Source: an uncultured delta proteobacterium | GTDB taxonomy: Bacteria > Myxococcota > Myxococcia > Myxococcales > Anaeromyxobacteraceae | Length of the DNA stretch: 64,000 nucleotides | Assembly (NCBI GenBank): GCA_963845515.1 | Contig: CAWJSR010000058.1 | Span: forward strand, 71,503-135,502 | Direction: 5' to 3' | Shown here: in pieces, positions 19,928 to 30,200 of the stretch | How the letters are laid out: every line of letters begins with the position of its first letter | Numbering within the stretch: position 1 is the stretch's first letter | Made by a program: the position numbers and the translations under genes | The notes under the pieces: model-generated | The model's input: only the letters and a program-made list of their open reading frames with translations | Database searches by the model: none | What the model was told of the DNA's origin: nothing

Positions 19928-21293
19928 TCAGGCGCAGCGCAGGTGGGCCGCGAGCGCCCGGTCCCCGCCCTGCCTGAACGCGTCCAGGGCGTCGTCTGCC
20001 GGCGTGCGCCCCGAGGCGACCCGCTCGGCCAGCGGCGCCAGCCAGACCCGCTCGTCCTCGCCGCGATCGCCGCAGCAGTGCTGCCTGCAGAGCCCCAGCT
20101 TCGCCGCGTCGAGCAGCTCGCCCGCGAGCTCGCCGAGCCTGCGCCCGTCGGGCGTCGCCGCGCGCAGCCCCTCGCGCCCGGCGTCGCGCGCCAGGGCGCG
20201 CCGGTCGTCGATCGACCAGCGCCTCACCAGGTCCCACGCCCACGCGCGCGAGGCGCGGTCGTACGAGGATCCCCTTCCAGAAGGCGAGGAGCGCCCGGAT
20301 CATCTCGGGGCCTCCGGCGTCGGCTCCCCGCACCTCGACGACCCCCTTCACCCGCACGTCGAGGAAGATCGTCGAGAGGTGGTCCTCCCAGTCCGAAATG
20401 CGCGGCCGCTCGCCGGCGATCCCCTCGGCGAGGAAGGCCCGGAACGTCCGGCCCCCGGTCTCGACGTACCTGCCGTCCCGCCGGAGGAAGACCACCGGCA
20501 CGTCGAGCGCCCACTCCGCATATGCCCGGTAGGCCGAGCCCTCGAAGCCGGCAGTGAACGGGAAGGCCGGGATCCCGCAGCGCGCCGGGTCGGTCTCCTC
20601 CCAGACCTTCACGCGGTACGAGAGCCACCCCGACTCCCGCCCGTCGACGATCGGCGAGTTGGCGAAGAGCGCGGTGATGGCCGGCTGGATCGCGAAGGCG
20701 ACGCGGAGCTTCTCGGCCATGTCCCGCTCGGAGCCGAAGTCGAAGGAGGCCTGGGTCGAGCCGGTCATCGCCATCATGTCCTCGGCGAGCCGGCCGCGCG
20801 CGGCCAGGAACGGGCGCATCACGTCGTACCGCTTCTTCGGCATCCACGGGACGGTCGCCGCCGTGCCCCACGGCCGGTAGCCGGCGGCGAGGAACTCGAT
20901 CCCGAGGTCCGCGGCGATGGCGCGGCACTTCTCCAGGTGGCGATCGAGCTCCGCGGAGACGACGTGGACGTCGGCGAACGGCCTGCCCGAGAGCTCTATC
21001 TGGCCGCCGGGCTCGATCGAGACCGTGAGCCCCCGCTTCTGCGACGCGATGACGTGACCGTCCTCGATGAAGGGGGTGTAGCCGTACCGCTCGAAGGCGC
21101 CCAGGATCGCGCCGACACCAGCGGGGCCGTCGTACGGGACCGGCTCGAGCGTCCCGGCACGGAGCACGATCTTCTCGTGCTCCAGCCCCACCTTCCACTC
21201 GGGCCGCGGCCGCTCGCGCGCGCGGAACCACTCCGCCAGCTCCTCGACCCGCTGGACTGGGGGCGATTCTCCGGTGCTGGCGTCGAGCGACAT
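19928..21293 (-). CDS. gshA: Glutamate--cysteine ligase (GCS2/plant-type), frameshift ~20265
   Basis: VGLEHEK, SIEPGGQIELSG, WMPKKRY, FANSP, WEETDPARCG, WEDHLSTIF, VEVRGADAG. Confidence 0.9.
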
Positions 21294-21416
21294 CCGCGGG
21301 AATGTAGTCGCGGTGCGCGCGTCGCGCCACCTGCGAGGGGCAAGGCCCGTGGGTGAGGGGCCCGGCCCTCGATCGCCCCGCCGAGGTCGGAGACAGGTGG
21401 ACGTCGCGCCGTCCCG

Positions 21417-23028
21417 CTACGCGCGGGCCGCCCGCCGGCGCAGCGACACGACCAGGCGCGCCAGCGCGACCGCGAGCAGCGAGAGGAGGCCAGCGCCTCC
21501 GGCGGCGCACCCGCCGCCGTCACCGGACGTGGAGCCGCCCGGCGGAGTTGCGCAGGTGCTCCCCGTGAACCCGCCCATGCACGCGCACGAGAAGCTGCCG
21601 ACCTCGTTCGTGCACGCACCGCCGTTCAGGCATGGTGCCACCGCGCACTCGTCCACGTCGGCCTCGCAGCTCGTCCCCTCGTAGCCCGCACCGCAGACGC
21701 ACGACGCCAATCCCACTCCGTCCACGCACGTGCCGCCGTTGAGGCAAGGGTTGACGGCACAGTCGTCGACGTTGGTCTCGCAGAGGTCGCCGGTGAAGCC
21801 ATCGGCGCAGCCGCACAGCGCGACGCTTCCCGAGGGGGTGCAGGACGCGCCGTTCAGGCAGGGCGAGGGGAAGCAGGGGTTACCGGAGCTCGCAGCGATC
21901 ACCGCTGTAGGCGGCGGTGCAGGCGCAGCCAGTGCCGCCGAACTTCGCGTAGCAGGTGCCGTTGACCGTGCACGAGTCGGCGGCGCACGTTCCCACCGCG
22001 GGGACGGAGGTGCCGGCCGCGCCGTCGGTGCACCTCGTCGACGAGGCGTTCCCGCGAGCGCCACCGTGGACGTCTACACGGCCGGTGAAGCCGCTGGCTT
22101 CCCCGGAGACGGCAATCCGGCCGCCCCCGCCCCCGCCCGAGCAGGCGCCCGACCCCGCGGTCGTGCCGGCGCCGCTGCCGCCGTCCACCTGAAACCAGCC
22201 AGTCCCCACCAGCATCCCAACCTTAAGCCAGAGGCTCCCGCCCGCCCCGCCGCCGCCGTGATAGTTGTAGCCGGAGTAGAGCTGGCTTCGGCCGAACAAG
22301 CCTGAGGCGCCGACGCTCCCGTCGACGCGCATCGCGCCGGCGACGATGAAGGTGATCGCGCCGCCTCCCCGGCCCCCCTCGCCGTAGCAGGAGTAGGAGT
22401 CCACACCGCGCCAGCCGCAGCCTCCGCCGCTCCCAGGCAGGATCGGCCCGGAGTCGGAGTCATAGACTGCGCCGCCGTAGGTGGGCCCGGTGGGGCCGAC
22501 GTCGCTCCCATTGCCACCTGCGCCGCCATGGCCACCGCCGCCGGCTGAGCCGAGGCCGGCGACCCCGGGCGCGGTGCCGTACCCCGCGTTCCACCCACCC
22601 GAGTTGGCGCTGATCGAGCCTCCCGCGTTCACCGTGAGCGTCTCCGCCTCGATTACGTAGCTGACGCCGTTGCCGGGATGGACGACGAGCGCCCCTCCCC
22701 AAGGGATGACGAGGGCGCCGGAGCCCGGGACGCCCGTGACCGGCTTCACGCGGAGCGCGCCGTCGCCAAAGGCGCCGATTCCTACGAGGGCGCTCACCGT
22801 GACGTTGCCGTTCACCGTGTAGCTCACCTGGCTGAGGGTCGTGGTGCTCGTGAAGTTCACGTCACCCGTGCAGGTGAAGTCCGACGTGAGCACCCCGTCG
22901 ATCCCGGCGCAGTCGCCAGTCGTGACGGCGGCCGCAAGGGGCACGGACGGAGCCAGACCGAGGATGAGCGCGGCGAGCGCCACCCTCGCCCACCTGGACG
23001 CTTCGATCGCGACAGGCCGTTCCCGCAT
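21417..23028 (-). CDS. Secreted Gly-rich protein with Ca-binding EGF repeats and MYXO-CTERM-like anchor (frameshift ~21885)
   Basis: Signal peptide; GGGG-rich domain; about 4 EGF repeats (NVDDCAVNPCLNGGTC; DVDECAVAPCLNGGAC); C-terminus GGGCAAGGAGLLSLLAVALARLVVSLRRR. Confidence 0.82.
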
Positions 23029-23166
23029 GGTTCAAATCCCCCTTCGCTCGATGAACGCGAGGATGATGACGATACGTCAATGGAACGGAACCTGGAAGCG
23101 CGAGCGACATCCGCGGCGCAGCGCGCCACGCGACACCGCCCCGTACCGGCGCTACGCTCGCCGCCC

Positions 23167-23985
23167 ATGGCCTTCCCCGAGAACCGCGCCGCCCGCCTCG
23201 CCGCCGGCACCCTCCTCCCCTTCCGCGCGGCGCGCCTCCTCCTCGACCGGCGCGAGCTCTGGTCGCTCGCGCTGGCGCCGATCGCGCTGACGCTCGTAGG
23301 CCTCGTGGGCGGGCTCATCGCCGCCGGCCCCCTCTCCGGCTGGCTCCTGCGGCTCGGGTGGGCCGAGCCCGCTGGCTGGCTAGCCGCCCTGTGGTGGCTG
23401 ACGCGCGCGGCGATCTTCCTCGCGCTCCTCTACGCCTTCGCGGTCGCCTTCCCCATCGCGCTCTCCGCGCCGTTCGCCGACCAGCTCTCTGCGAAGGTCG
23501 AGCGGCTGGAGCTGGGCGCTGCCGACGAGGGTGGGCTCGGGCGCATGGCGAAGGAGGTGACGGTCGGCGTCTGGCACGCGCTCGCGCGGGTCACCCTGCT
23601 CATCGCCGGGTACGTGCTGCTCGCGCCGGCGCTCCTGCTCCCCGGGGCGTGGCCCGTCCTCGCCTTCCTGTGGACGGCGACCTGGGCATCCTTCGAGTGG
23701 CTCGACCTCCCCATGGCGCGTCACCTCCACGGCTTCTCGGAGGTCCGCGCCGCGCTGCGATCCATCCGCCCGCTCGGGCTGGGCTTCGGCGCGGTCCTCG
23801 GCGCCCTCTTCCTCGTGCCGCTCGCCAACCTCGTCGTGATCCCGGTCGGCGCGGTGGCAGGCACTTTGCTCTACTGCGATCTGGTCAGATCCGGGCGGGT
23901 TGCGCGCAGTGGGGCGCCCCCCTATGCTCCACCGGTCAGCGGGTTTTCCCCGCCGCCCTCGCCTCCCGGACGCCCTCAAGAATGA
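23167..23985 (+). CDS. EI24/CysZ-like membrane protein
   Basis: LWSLALAPI, SAPFADQLSAKVE, EWLDLPMARH, LVPLANLVVIPVGAVAGT. Confidence 0.85.
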   Translation: MAFPENRAARLAAGTLLPFRAARLLLDRRELWSLALAPIALTLVGLVGGLIAAGPLSGWLLRLGWAEPAGWLAALWWLTRAAIFLALLYAFAVAFPIALSAPFADQLSAKVERLELGAADEGGLGRMAKEVTVGVWHALARVTLLIAGYVLLAPALLLPGAWPVLAFLWTATWASFEWLDLPMARHLHGFSEVRAALRSIRPLGLGFGAVLGALFLVPLANLVVIPVGAVAGTLLYCDLVRSGRVARSGAPPYAPPVSGFSPPPSPPGRPQE

Positions 23986-26900
23986 TCCGCCCCTTCAGAA
24001 TCGTCGCGACCCTTGCGGCCGCTGCAGCGCTCTTCCTCGGCACCAGCGAAGGCATCTCAAAGGCAGAGGCAGGCGCCGCCTCCACCGTCGCCTACCGCGG
24101 CTCGGGGACGTTCCAGCCGAAGCCCGACGAGCAGGGGCCCTACCAGCTCGACAAGCTCCTGATCGCCTCCAAGGCGATCCTGAACGTCACCGACTTCTAC
24201 GTCGATCCCACGCGCATCGAGCCGAAGCAGATGTTCGTCGGCGCGCTCCAGGCGATGGAGCGGACGGTGGCCGAGGTGATGGTCGACGGCGACGCCAGCT
24301 CCGAGAAGGTGAAGGTGACGGTCGGCTCCGCCTCGCGCGAGTTCCCGATCCAGGGGCTCGACACGGTCTGGAAGATGCGGACGCTCCTCGGCGAGGTGAT
24401 GTCCTTCGTCCAGCAGCACCTGGTCGCGCACGAGGACCTGAAGCAGATCGAGTACTCGGCTTCGAACGGCTTCCTGCAGCGGCTCGACCCGCACTCGCTC
24501 ATCCTCGAGCCCAGGCAGTACCGCGACATGAAGGTGACGACCCGCGGCGAGTTCGGCGGGCTCGGCTTCGTGATCACCATGCGGGACGGGAACCTGACGG
24601 TCGTCCGCGTCCTGCGGAACACGCCGGCGCAGAAGGCCGGGATCCGGGCCAAGGACTTCATCAACAAGATCGAGGAGCAGTCCACGATCAACATGGACCT
24701 GAACGACGCGGTCGACCGGCTGCGCGGCAGGCCCAACACGAAGGTGGCGATCACCGTCTCGCGCGCCGGCTGGACCGAGCCGAAGCGGCTCCAGCTCACC
24801 CGCGAGGTGATCAACTACGAGACGGTCTCGCAGGCGAAGCTGCTCGACGGCGGCATCGGCTACGTCCGGCTCTCGCAGTTCTCCGGGAACACCACGCGCG
24901 ACCTCCAGACGGCCATCGAGGAGCAGGCGGCGGCGGCGGGCGGCGCGCTCAAGGGGTTCGTCCTCGACCTGCGCGGCAACCCGGGCGGCCTCCTCGACCA
25001 GGCCACTGACGTCTCCGACGTCTTCCTCTCGCGCGGCACCATCGTGAAGACGGTGGGCGATGGCTCGAAGCAGAAGGTGCGCGAGGTGCGCGAGGCGGGC
25101 GCCGATCGCGACGACCTGGCCGACCTCCCGCTGGTCGTGATCGTCAACTCCTCGTCGGCCTCCGCGTCGGAGATCGTCGCCGGCGCGCTGAAGAACAACG
25201 GCCGTGCGCTCGTCATCGGCCGCCAGACCTTCGGCAAGGGCTCGGTGCAGCAGCTCTTCGAGTTCGTCGAGCCCGGCTCGAAGGACGAGGAGGGGGCGCT
25301 CAAGCTCACCACCGCCCAGTACCTGACGCCCGGCGACATCTCGATCCAGGAGATCGGGATCACGCCGGACGTGCTCCTCCTCCCGGGTCGCGTGCAGAAG
25401 GACCAGGTGACGCACTTCGCGCCGCCGCGCTCCATGGGCGAGGCGGACCTCGACGGTCACTTCACCAACCCGGGCGGCGAGAAGGAGAGCGCCGCCGCTG
25501 CGCCGCGCCGCACCGCCGAGAAGCCGGCGTTCGAGCTGCGCTACGTGCTCGACGAGAAGGTGGCGAAGGGCGCCGGCGCCGCCAACGGTCACTCCGGCGA
25601 CCTGGAGATCTCGGCCGAGCAGGCCGAGGACGAGGCGAGCGAGGCCAACCCCGACGAGTTCGTCGAGGACTACCAGATCCAGTTCGCGCGCGACCTCCTC
25701 GGGCGCGCCCCGTACGCCGAGCGGGCGAAGCTGCTCGAGGCGGCGAAGGGGCTCGTGCAGGAGCGCCGGACGCAGGAGGACGAGCGGCTGCGCAAGCGCT
25801 TCGCGGTCCTCGGGATCGACTGGTCGGCTGGGGCGAGCCGCGGGGCGCCGCGCGCGAACGTGACCGTCACGCCGTCGGGCGATCGCGAGGCGCGGGCCGG
25901 CGACACCGTGCGCTGGACCGTCACCGTCGAGAACGTGGGCGACTCGCCCTACCGGCAGCTGCGCGCCTGGACCACCTCCGAGAAGAACTTCCTCCTCGAT
26001 CGGCGCGAGTTCGTCTTCGGCACGATCCCGCCGGGGGAGAAGCGCTCGTGGAGCGTCCAGGTGAAGCTCCCAAGGGGCTTCGACAGCCGGCGCGACGAGG
26101 TGACCCTCCACTTCGAGGGCGCGGACGGCAAGGCTCCGGCCGACGTCAAGACGACGTTCCACGTCGTGGAGATCCCGAAGCCGGTCTTCGCCTTCAGCCT
26201 CCAGGTCGACGACTCGAAGGGCGGGAACGGCGATGGGCTCCCGCAGCGCGGCGAGTCCTTCACGGTCAAGATCGACGTCCGCAACGCCGGCCCAGGGGCG
26301 AGCGGCGAGAAGACCTACGTGTCGCTCAAGAACCTCGGGGACGAGAAGGCCTTCATCGTGAAGGGGCGGGACGTGCTGGGCGCGATGGCCCCCGGCGAGA
26401 CCAGGACCGCCTCGCTCCAGATCGACCTGCGCAAGGGCTCCAAGACCGAGACGCTCCCGCTGCGCGTCGCCGTCGTCGACGAGAAGAACGACGAGTTCAC
26501 GCAGGAGAAGGTGGAGCTCCCAATCGCCGCCGACGCGACGTCGACGCAGCCGGCGAAGGGGTCCATCCGCGTCGAGGCGGCCGAGGCGATCCTCCGCTCC
26601 GGCGCCAGCGCGTCCGCGGCGCCCATCGCCACGGCGAAGCGCGGCGCGATCCTCCCGTTCGACGCCCGCGTGGGCGACTTCTATCGGGTCGAGTGGAGGA
26701 AGGGGCGCTTCGCGTTCGCGGCGGAGCCAGACGTGAAGCCGGCGAAGGGCCCCCGACAGGGAACGATCGCAGCGGCGTGGCAGCACGAGCCGCCGCGGAT
26801 CACGCTCGATCCGGATCCGAGCCGCGGCGCCCCCGTCGTCGACGGCGCCACCTACAGGCTCACCGGCGTCGCCGCGATCCCGCCGTCCTCGGACCCGGAC

Positions 26901-27143
26901 GCCCGGCTTCGCGACGTCTTCGTCTTCGTGAACGAGAAGAAGGTCTTCTTCAAGGTGGTCCCGGAGAACCAGACCTCCCCGAAGATGGAGTTCTCGGCCG
27001 ACATCCCGCTCAAGCCGGGCAACAACCTGGTCACCGTCTTCGCCCGCGAGGACGAGGACTTCCAGACCCGGCGGAGCTTCTACGTGCTCCGGCGCGGCGC
27101 GACGCAGGCTGCGCAGGCCGCCCAGCCGGCGGCGGCGAAGTAG
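23982..27143 (+). CDS. S41 C-terminal processing peptidase, MXAN_5808-like (PDZ + S41 + Ig-like/SH3 extensions)
   Basis: LDPHS, GEFGGLG, VLDLRGNPGGLL, SASASEIVAGAL, TFGKGSVQ, LTTAQYLTP; long beta-rich C-terminus. Confidence 0.92.
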   Translation: MIRPFRIVATLAAAAALFLGTSEGISKAEAGAASTVAYRGSGTFQPKPDEQGPYQLDKLLIASKAILNVTDFYVDPTRIEPKQMFVGALQAMERTVAEVMVDGDASSEKVKVTVGSASREFPIQGLDTVWKMRTLLGEVMSFVQQHLVAHEDLKQIEYSASNGFLQRLDPHSLILEPRQYRDMKVTTRGEFGGLGFVITMRDGNLTVVRVLRNTPAQKAGIRAKDFINKIEEQSTINMDLNDAVDRLRGRPNTKVAITVSRAGWTEPKRLQLTREVINYETVSQAKLLDGGIGYVRLSQFSGNTTRDLQTAIEEQAAAAGGALKGFVLDLRGNPGGLLDQATDVSDVFLSRGTIVKTVGDGSKQKVREVREAGADRDDLADLPLVVIVNSSSASASEIVAGALKNNGRALVIGRQTFGKGSVQQLFEFVEPGSKDEEGALKLTTAQYLTPGDISIQEIGITPDVLLLPGRVQKDQVTHFAPPRSMGEADLDGHFTNPGGEKESAAAAPRRTAEKPAFELRYVLDEKVAKGAGAANGHSGDLEISAEQAEDEASEANPDEFVEDYQIQFARDLLGRAPYAERAKLLEAAKGLVQERRTQEDERLRKRFAVLGIDWSAGASRGAPRANVTVTPSGDREARAGDTVRWTVTVENVGDSPYRQLRAWTTSEKNFLLDRREFVFGTIPPGEKRSWSVQVKLPRGFDSRRDEVTLHFEGADGKAPADVKTTFHVVEIPKPVFAFSLQVDDSKGGNGDGLPQRGESFTVKIDVRNAGPGASGEKTYVSLKNLGDEKAFIVKGRDVLGAMAPGETRTASLQIDLRKGSKTETLPLRVAVVDEKNDEFTQEKVELPIAADATSTQPAKGSIRVEAAEAILRSGASASAAPIATAKRGAILPFDARVGDFYRVEWRKGRFAFAAEPDVKPAKGPRQGTIAAAWQHEPPRITLDPDPSRGAPVVDGATYRLTGVAAIPPSSDPDARLRDVFVFVNEKKVFFKVVPENQTSPKMEFSADIPLKPGNNLVTVFAREDEDFQTRRSFYVLRRGATQAAQAAQPAAAK

Positions 27144-27215
27144 CCGCCCCGCCAGGAAGGCTCCCCTCTCCACTTCTTAGCGAAGTGGGCGTCTCTCCTG
27201 TAGGATTTCAAGGTC

Positions 27216-30200
27216 ATGGCGGAGGTGAAACCGACCGCCTCCGCTGAACCCGTGTCAGCGGAGCGCCGGTCAGGAACCGGCTTCGAGCTGCGCCTCGAGC
27301 GCGGCGGGGCCTACGTGCGCCTTGCCGACGTGCCGGTCGAGACCGGCCTCACGCTCGACGTCCTCTCGATCGAGGTCCCGGGCGTCAAGTTCCCCTTCAA
27401 CGTGGGGGCCGGCGCGGTCCAGTTCCGCCACGTCCTGGCCGACGGGGTCCGCGTAGAGCTGGCCGTGCACGAGCCGTGGATCGAGGAGCGGCTCCGCGGG
27501 ATCGACCTGGCGGCGCTCGGGGTCGAGGCGCTCTCCTGCGCGCTGCGGGAGGGGTTCGTCGAGCTCTCCGGCCGGGTCGCCGGCGGCGCCGCATTCACGC
27601 TCCACGCCAGCCTGCTCCCCGAGGGCGAGCAGGGGATCGCGGTCGTCTTCCACTCGCCGCGGCTCTACGGACCTTCCCCGATCCCGGCCGCGCTCCTGCC
27701 GCACATGGCGGCCCGGACGCTCGCACCGCTCGCCAGCGCGCCGGGCGGAGTGAACGACCCGCTCACGCGCATCCTCCGCAAGGTGCTCGCTCCCCGCGGC
27801 TGGAAGGTCCCGCGCTCGTCAGCGCTCCGGCTGACCCTCCTCGGCGTGTCGCCGGACGGGATCCGCGCCGCCTGGGACCGCGAGCCCGGCCAGCCCATCG
27901 AGCCTCCGCCCCAGTCCGACCTGCTCGCGACCATCGAGGGGGCGCGCGCCTTCGCGACCGCCGAGCGCCACGTCGCCCGCGGCGACCTCGCGGCCGCTCG
28001 CGACGCCTACCTCTTCGCCGGAGCCGCGGCCCACGCACACCCGTTCGCCGCCGAGCGGCTCCTGTCGCTCCTCGTCATGGAGGACCGCTTCCACGACGAG
28101 GCGCTCGACCTCGCGCACGACTGGCTCGGCCGGCGTCCCGACTTCGCGCCGGCGCTCGCGGCCGAGGCGTGGGTCCGGCTCGCACGGGGCGAGCAGGTCC
28201 GCGCCGCCCGCGCCCTCGCCACGCTCGCCGACACCGCTCGCGTCCGCGGCGAGGCCGGCGCGGCCCTCGCGGCGGCCGAGGCCTGCTTCTCCATCGCCGG
28301 CGCCGATCCGGGCGACGTCCGGCGCTCCATCGACGCCGCGCTGGCCGTACGACGCGACCACCTCCCGGCGCTGCGCGCGCTCCGCGCACACTCGCAAGCG
28401 ACGGGCGACCGCGAGGGGCTCCTCCGCGCGAACCGCCGGCTCGTCGCCTACGCCCCCTCCGACGCCGACAAGGCCCGCGCCCACGCCGAGCTGGGCATGC
28501 AGCTGCTGGAGACCGATCCGCCTGCGGCGCGGCTCCACCTCGACCAGGCGCTGCGGCTCGCCCCCGCCGACGAGGAAGCGCTCGGCGCGCTGGGGCGCGC
28601 CTGCTCCGCGGCCGGTGAGCACCTCCGCGCGGTCCGCGCGCTGGAGCGGCTCCGCGACCTGGTCGTCGCGCGCGGCGATCGCGCCGAGGCCGGGCGGCTC
28701 TCCCTGGAGGCCGGGGTCATCTGGGAGGAGCGGCTGGGCAACGACGAGAACGCCTACCTGCGCTACGGGGAGGCGGCGGCAGATCTCCCGGGGTCCGCGG
28801 AGGTGCACGCCCGCGCCGCCAGCGCGGCCGGGCGACTGGGGCACTGGGCCGACGCGATCGACCACCACGCCTCGGTGCTCCCGCTCGCCGACATGGCGAC
28901 GCCCGAGGGACGGGCGCTCGCAGCCCGCACACGGCTCGCGCTCGCCGAGGTGGCCGAGGAGCGGCTGGGAGACCCTGCCGCCGCGACGGTCCACCTGGAG
29001 GCCGCCGCCGCCGCCCTCCCGGGCGACGCCGCCGTCCTTCGCCGCCTCGCGGCGCTCTACCGCCGCCTGTCGCGCCCCGGCGACCTGCTCGCCGCCCTGG
29101 ATCGCCTCACGCCGCTCGTCGTCCCCCCGGCGGAGCGCGCCGCCCTGCTCGCCGAGGCAGGCACGCTCTCCGTCACGCTCGGCAGCGCCGAGGCCGCCCG
29201 CGACCGCTTCTCCGCCGCCGCCGCGCTCGACCCCACCTGCCGCCCCGCGCTGGAGGGGATCGCCCGGCTCGCCGCCGAAGCAGGCGACGCGCTCGGCGAG
29301 CGCGCGGCGCTCCTGAGGCTCCTCCCCCTGACCAGCGGCGTCGAGGAGGAGGGGGCGCTCCAGGACAGGATCGCCGACGCCTCGGAGCGTGCGGGCGACC
29401 TCGCCGGCGCCGCTCGCGCCATCGCGGCCGCGCGCCGGCTCGGCTCGACCCCGGCGCGGATCGACGCCGCGCTCCGGCTGGCCCGCCGCAGCGGCGACAA
29501 CGCCACGGTGGCCGTGCTCCTCGCCGAGCGCGCCCAGCGTTACCGCGCCGACGGCGACGCCGCCTCGGGGGCCCGCGCGTGGCTGGAGCGCGCGCGCCTC
29601 CTCTCCGAGTCCGAGCCCGCCCTCGCGATGGCCGCGGCCGCCGAGGCACATGCGCTGGCTCCCGGCGACCCCGCCGTGCTGCGGGCCCAGTCCGACCTCG
29701 CAGAGCGGCTCGGCGACGTGCGCGCCGCGCTGGGGAGCCTCCGCGCGCTCCTCGCGATGGCGCCGGACGACGCCGGGCTCCTCGAGGTTCGCGCCGGACG
29801 CGCCGCCCTCTCCGCCGGCGAGCCATCCACCGCCCGCGAGCACGCGGAGCGCGCCATGGCGGCCGACGCCCCCGGGGCCACCGACCTTCTCGCCGCCGTC
29901 CTCGACAGGACCGGAGACGACGCCGGGCGCGCGGCGCTGCTGGAGCGCATGGGGCGCTTCCTGGAGGCGGCCAATCTGTGGGCCCGGTCCGCTGCGCCGG
30001 CCCGCGCTCGCGACGCCCTGGAGCGCGCCGCGATGGCTCCGGGCGCGCCCGCCCAGGCCTTCGAGAGGCTCGCGGAGGCCCGGCTCTCGGCCGGGGACGA
30101 ACGCGGCGCCGCCGAGACGTTCCGCAGGCTGGCGCCGCTGCGCGGCGGACAGGACGGCGCGCGGATCGCCATGCGCGCCTTCGCCATCGACGCCGATCCG

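Noticed and set aside
24057..27173. Long antisense ORFs (e.g. 1038 aa here; 27819-31556; 33612-36395; 47572-50085)
   Set aside because: Shadow ORFs opposite well-supported genes, as expected in very high-GC DNA; no motifs.
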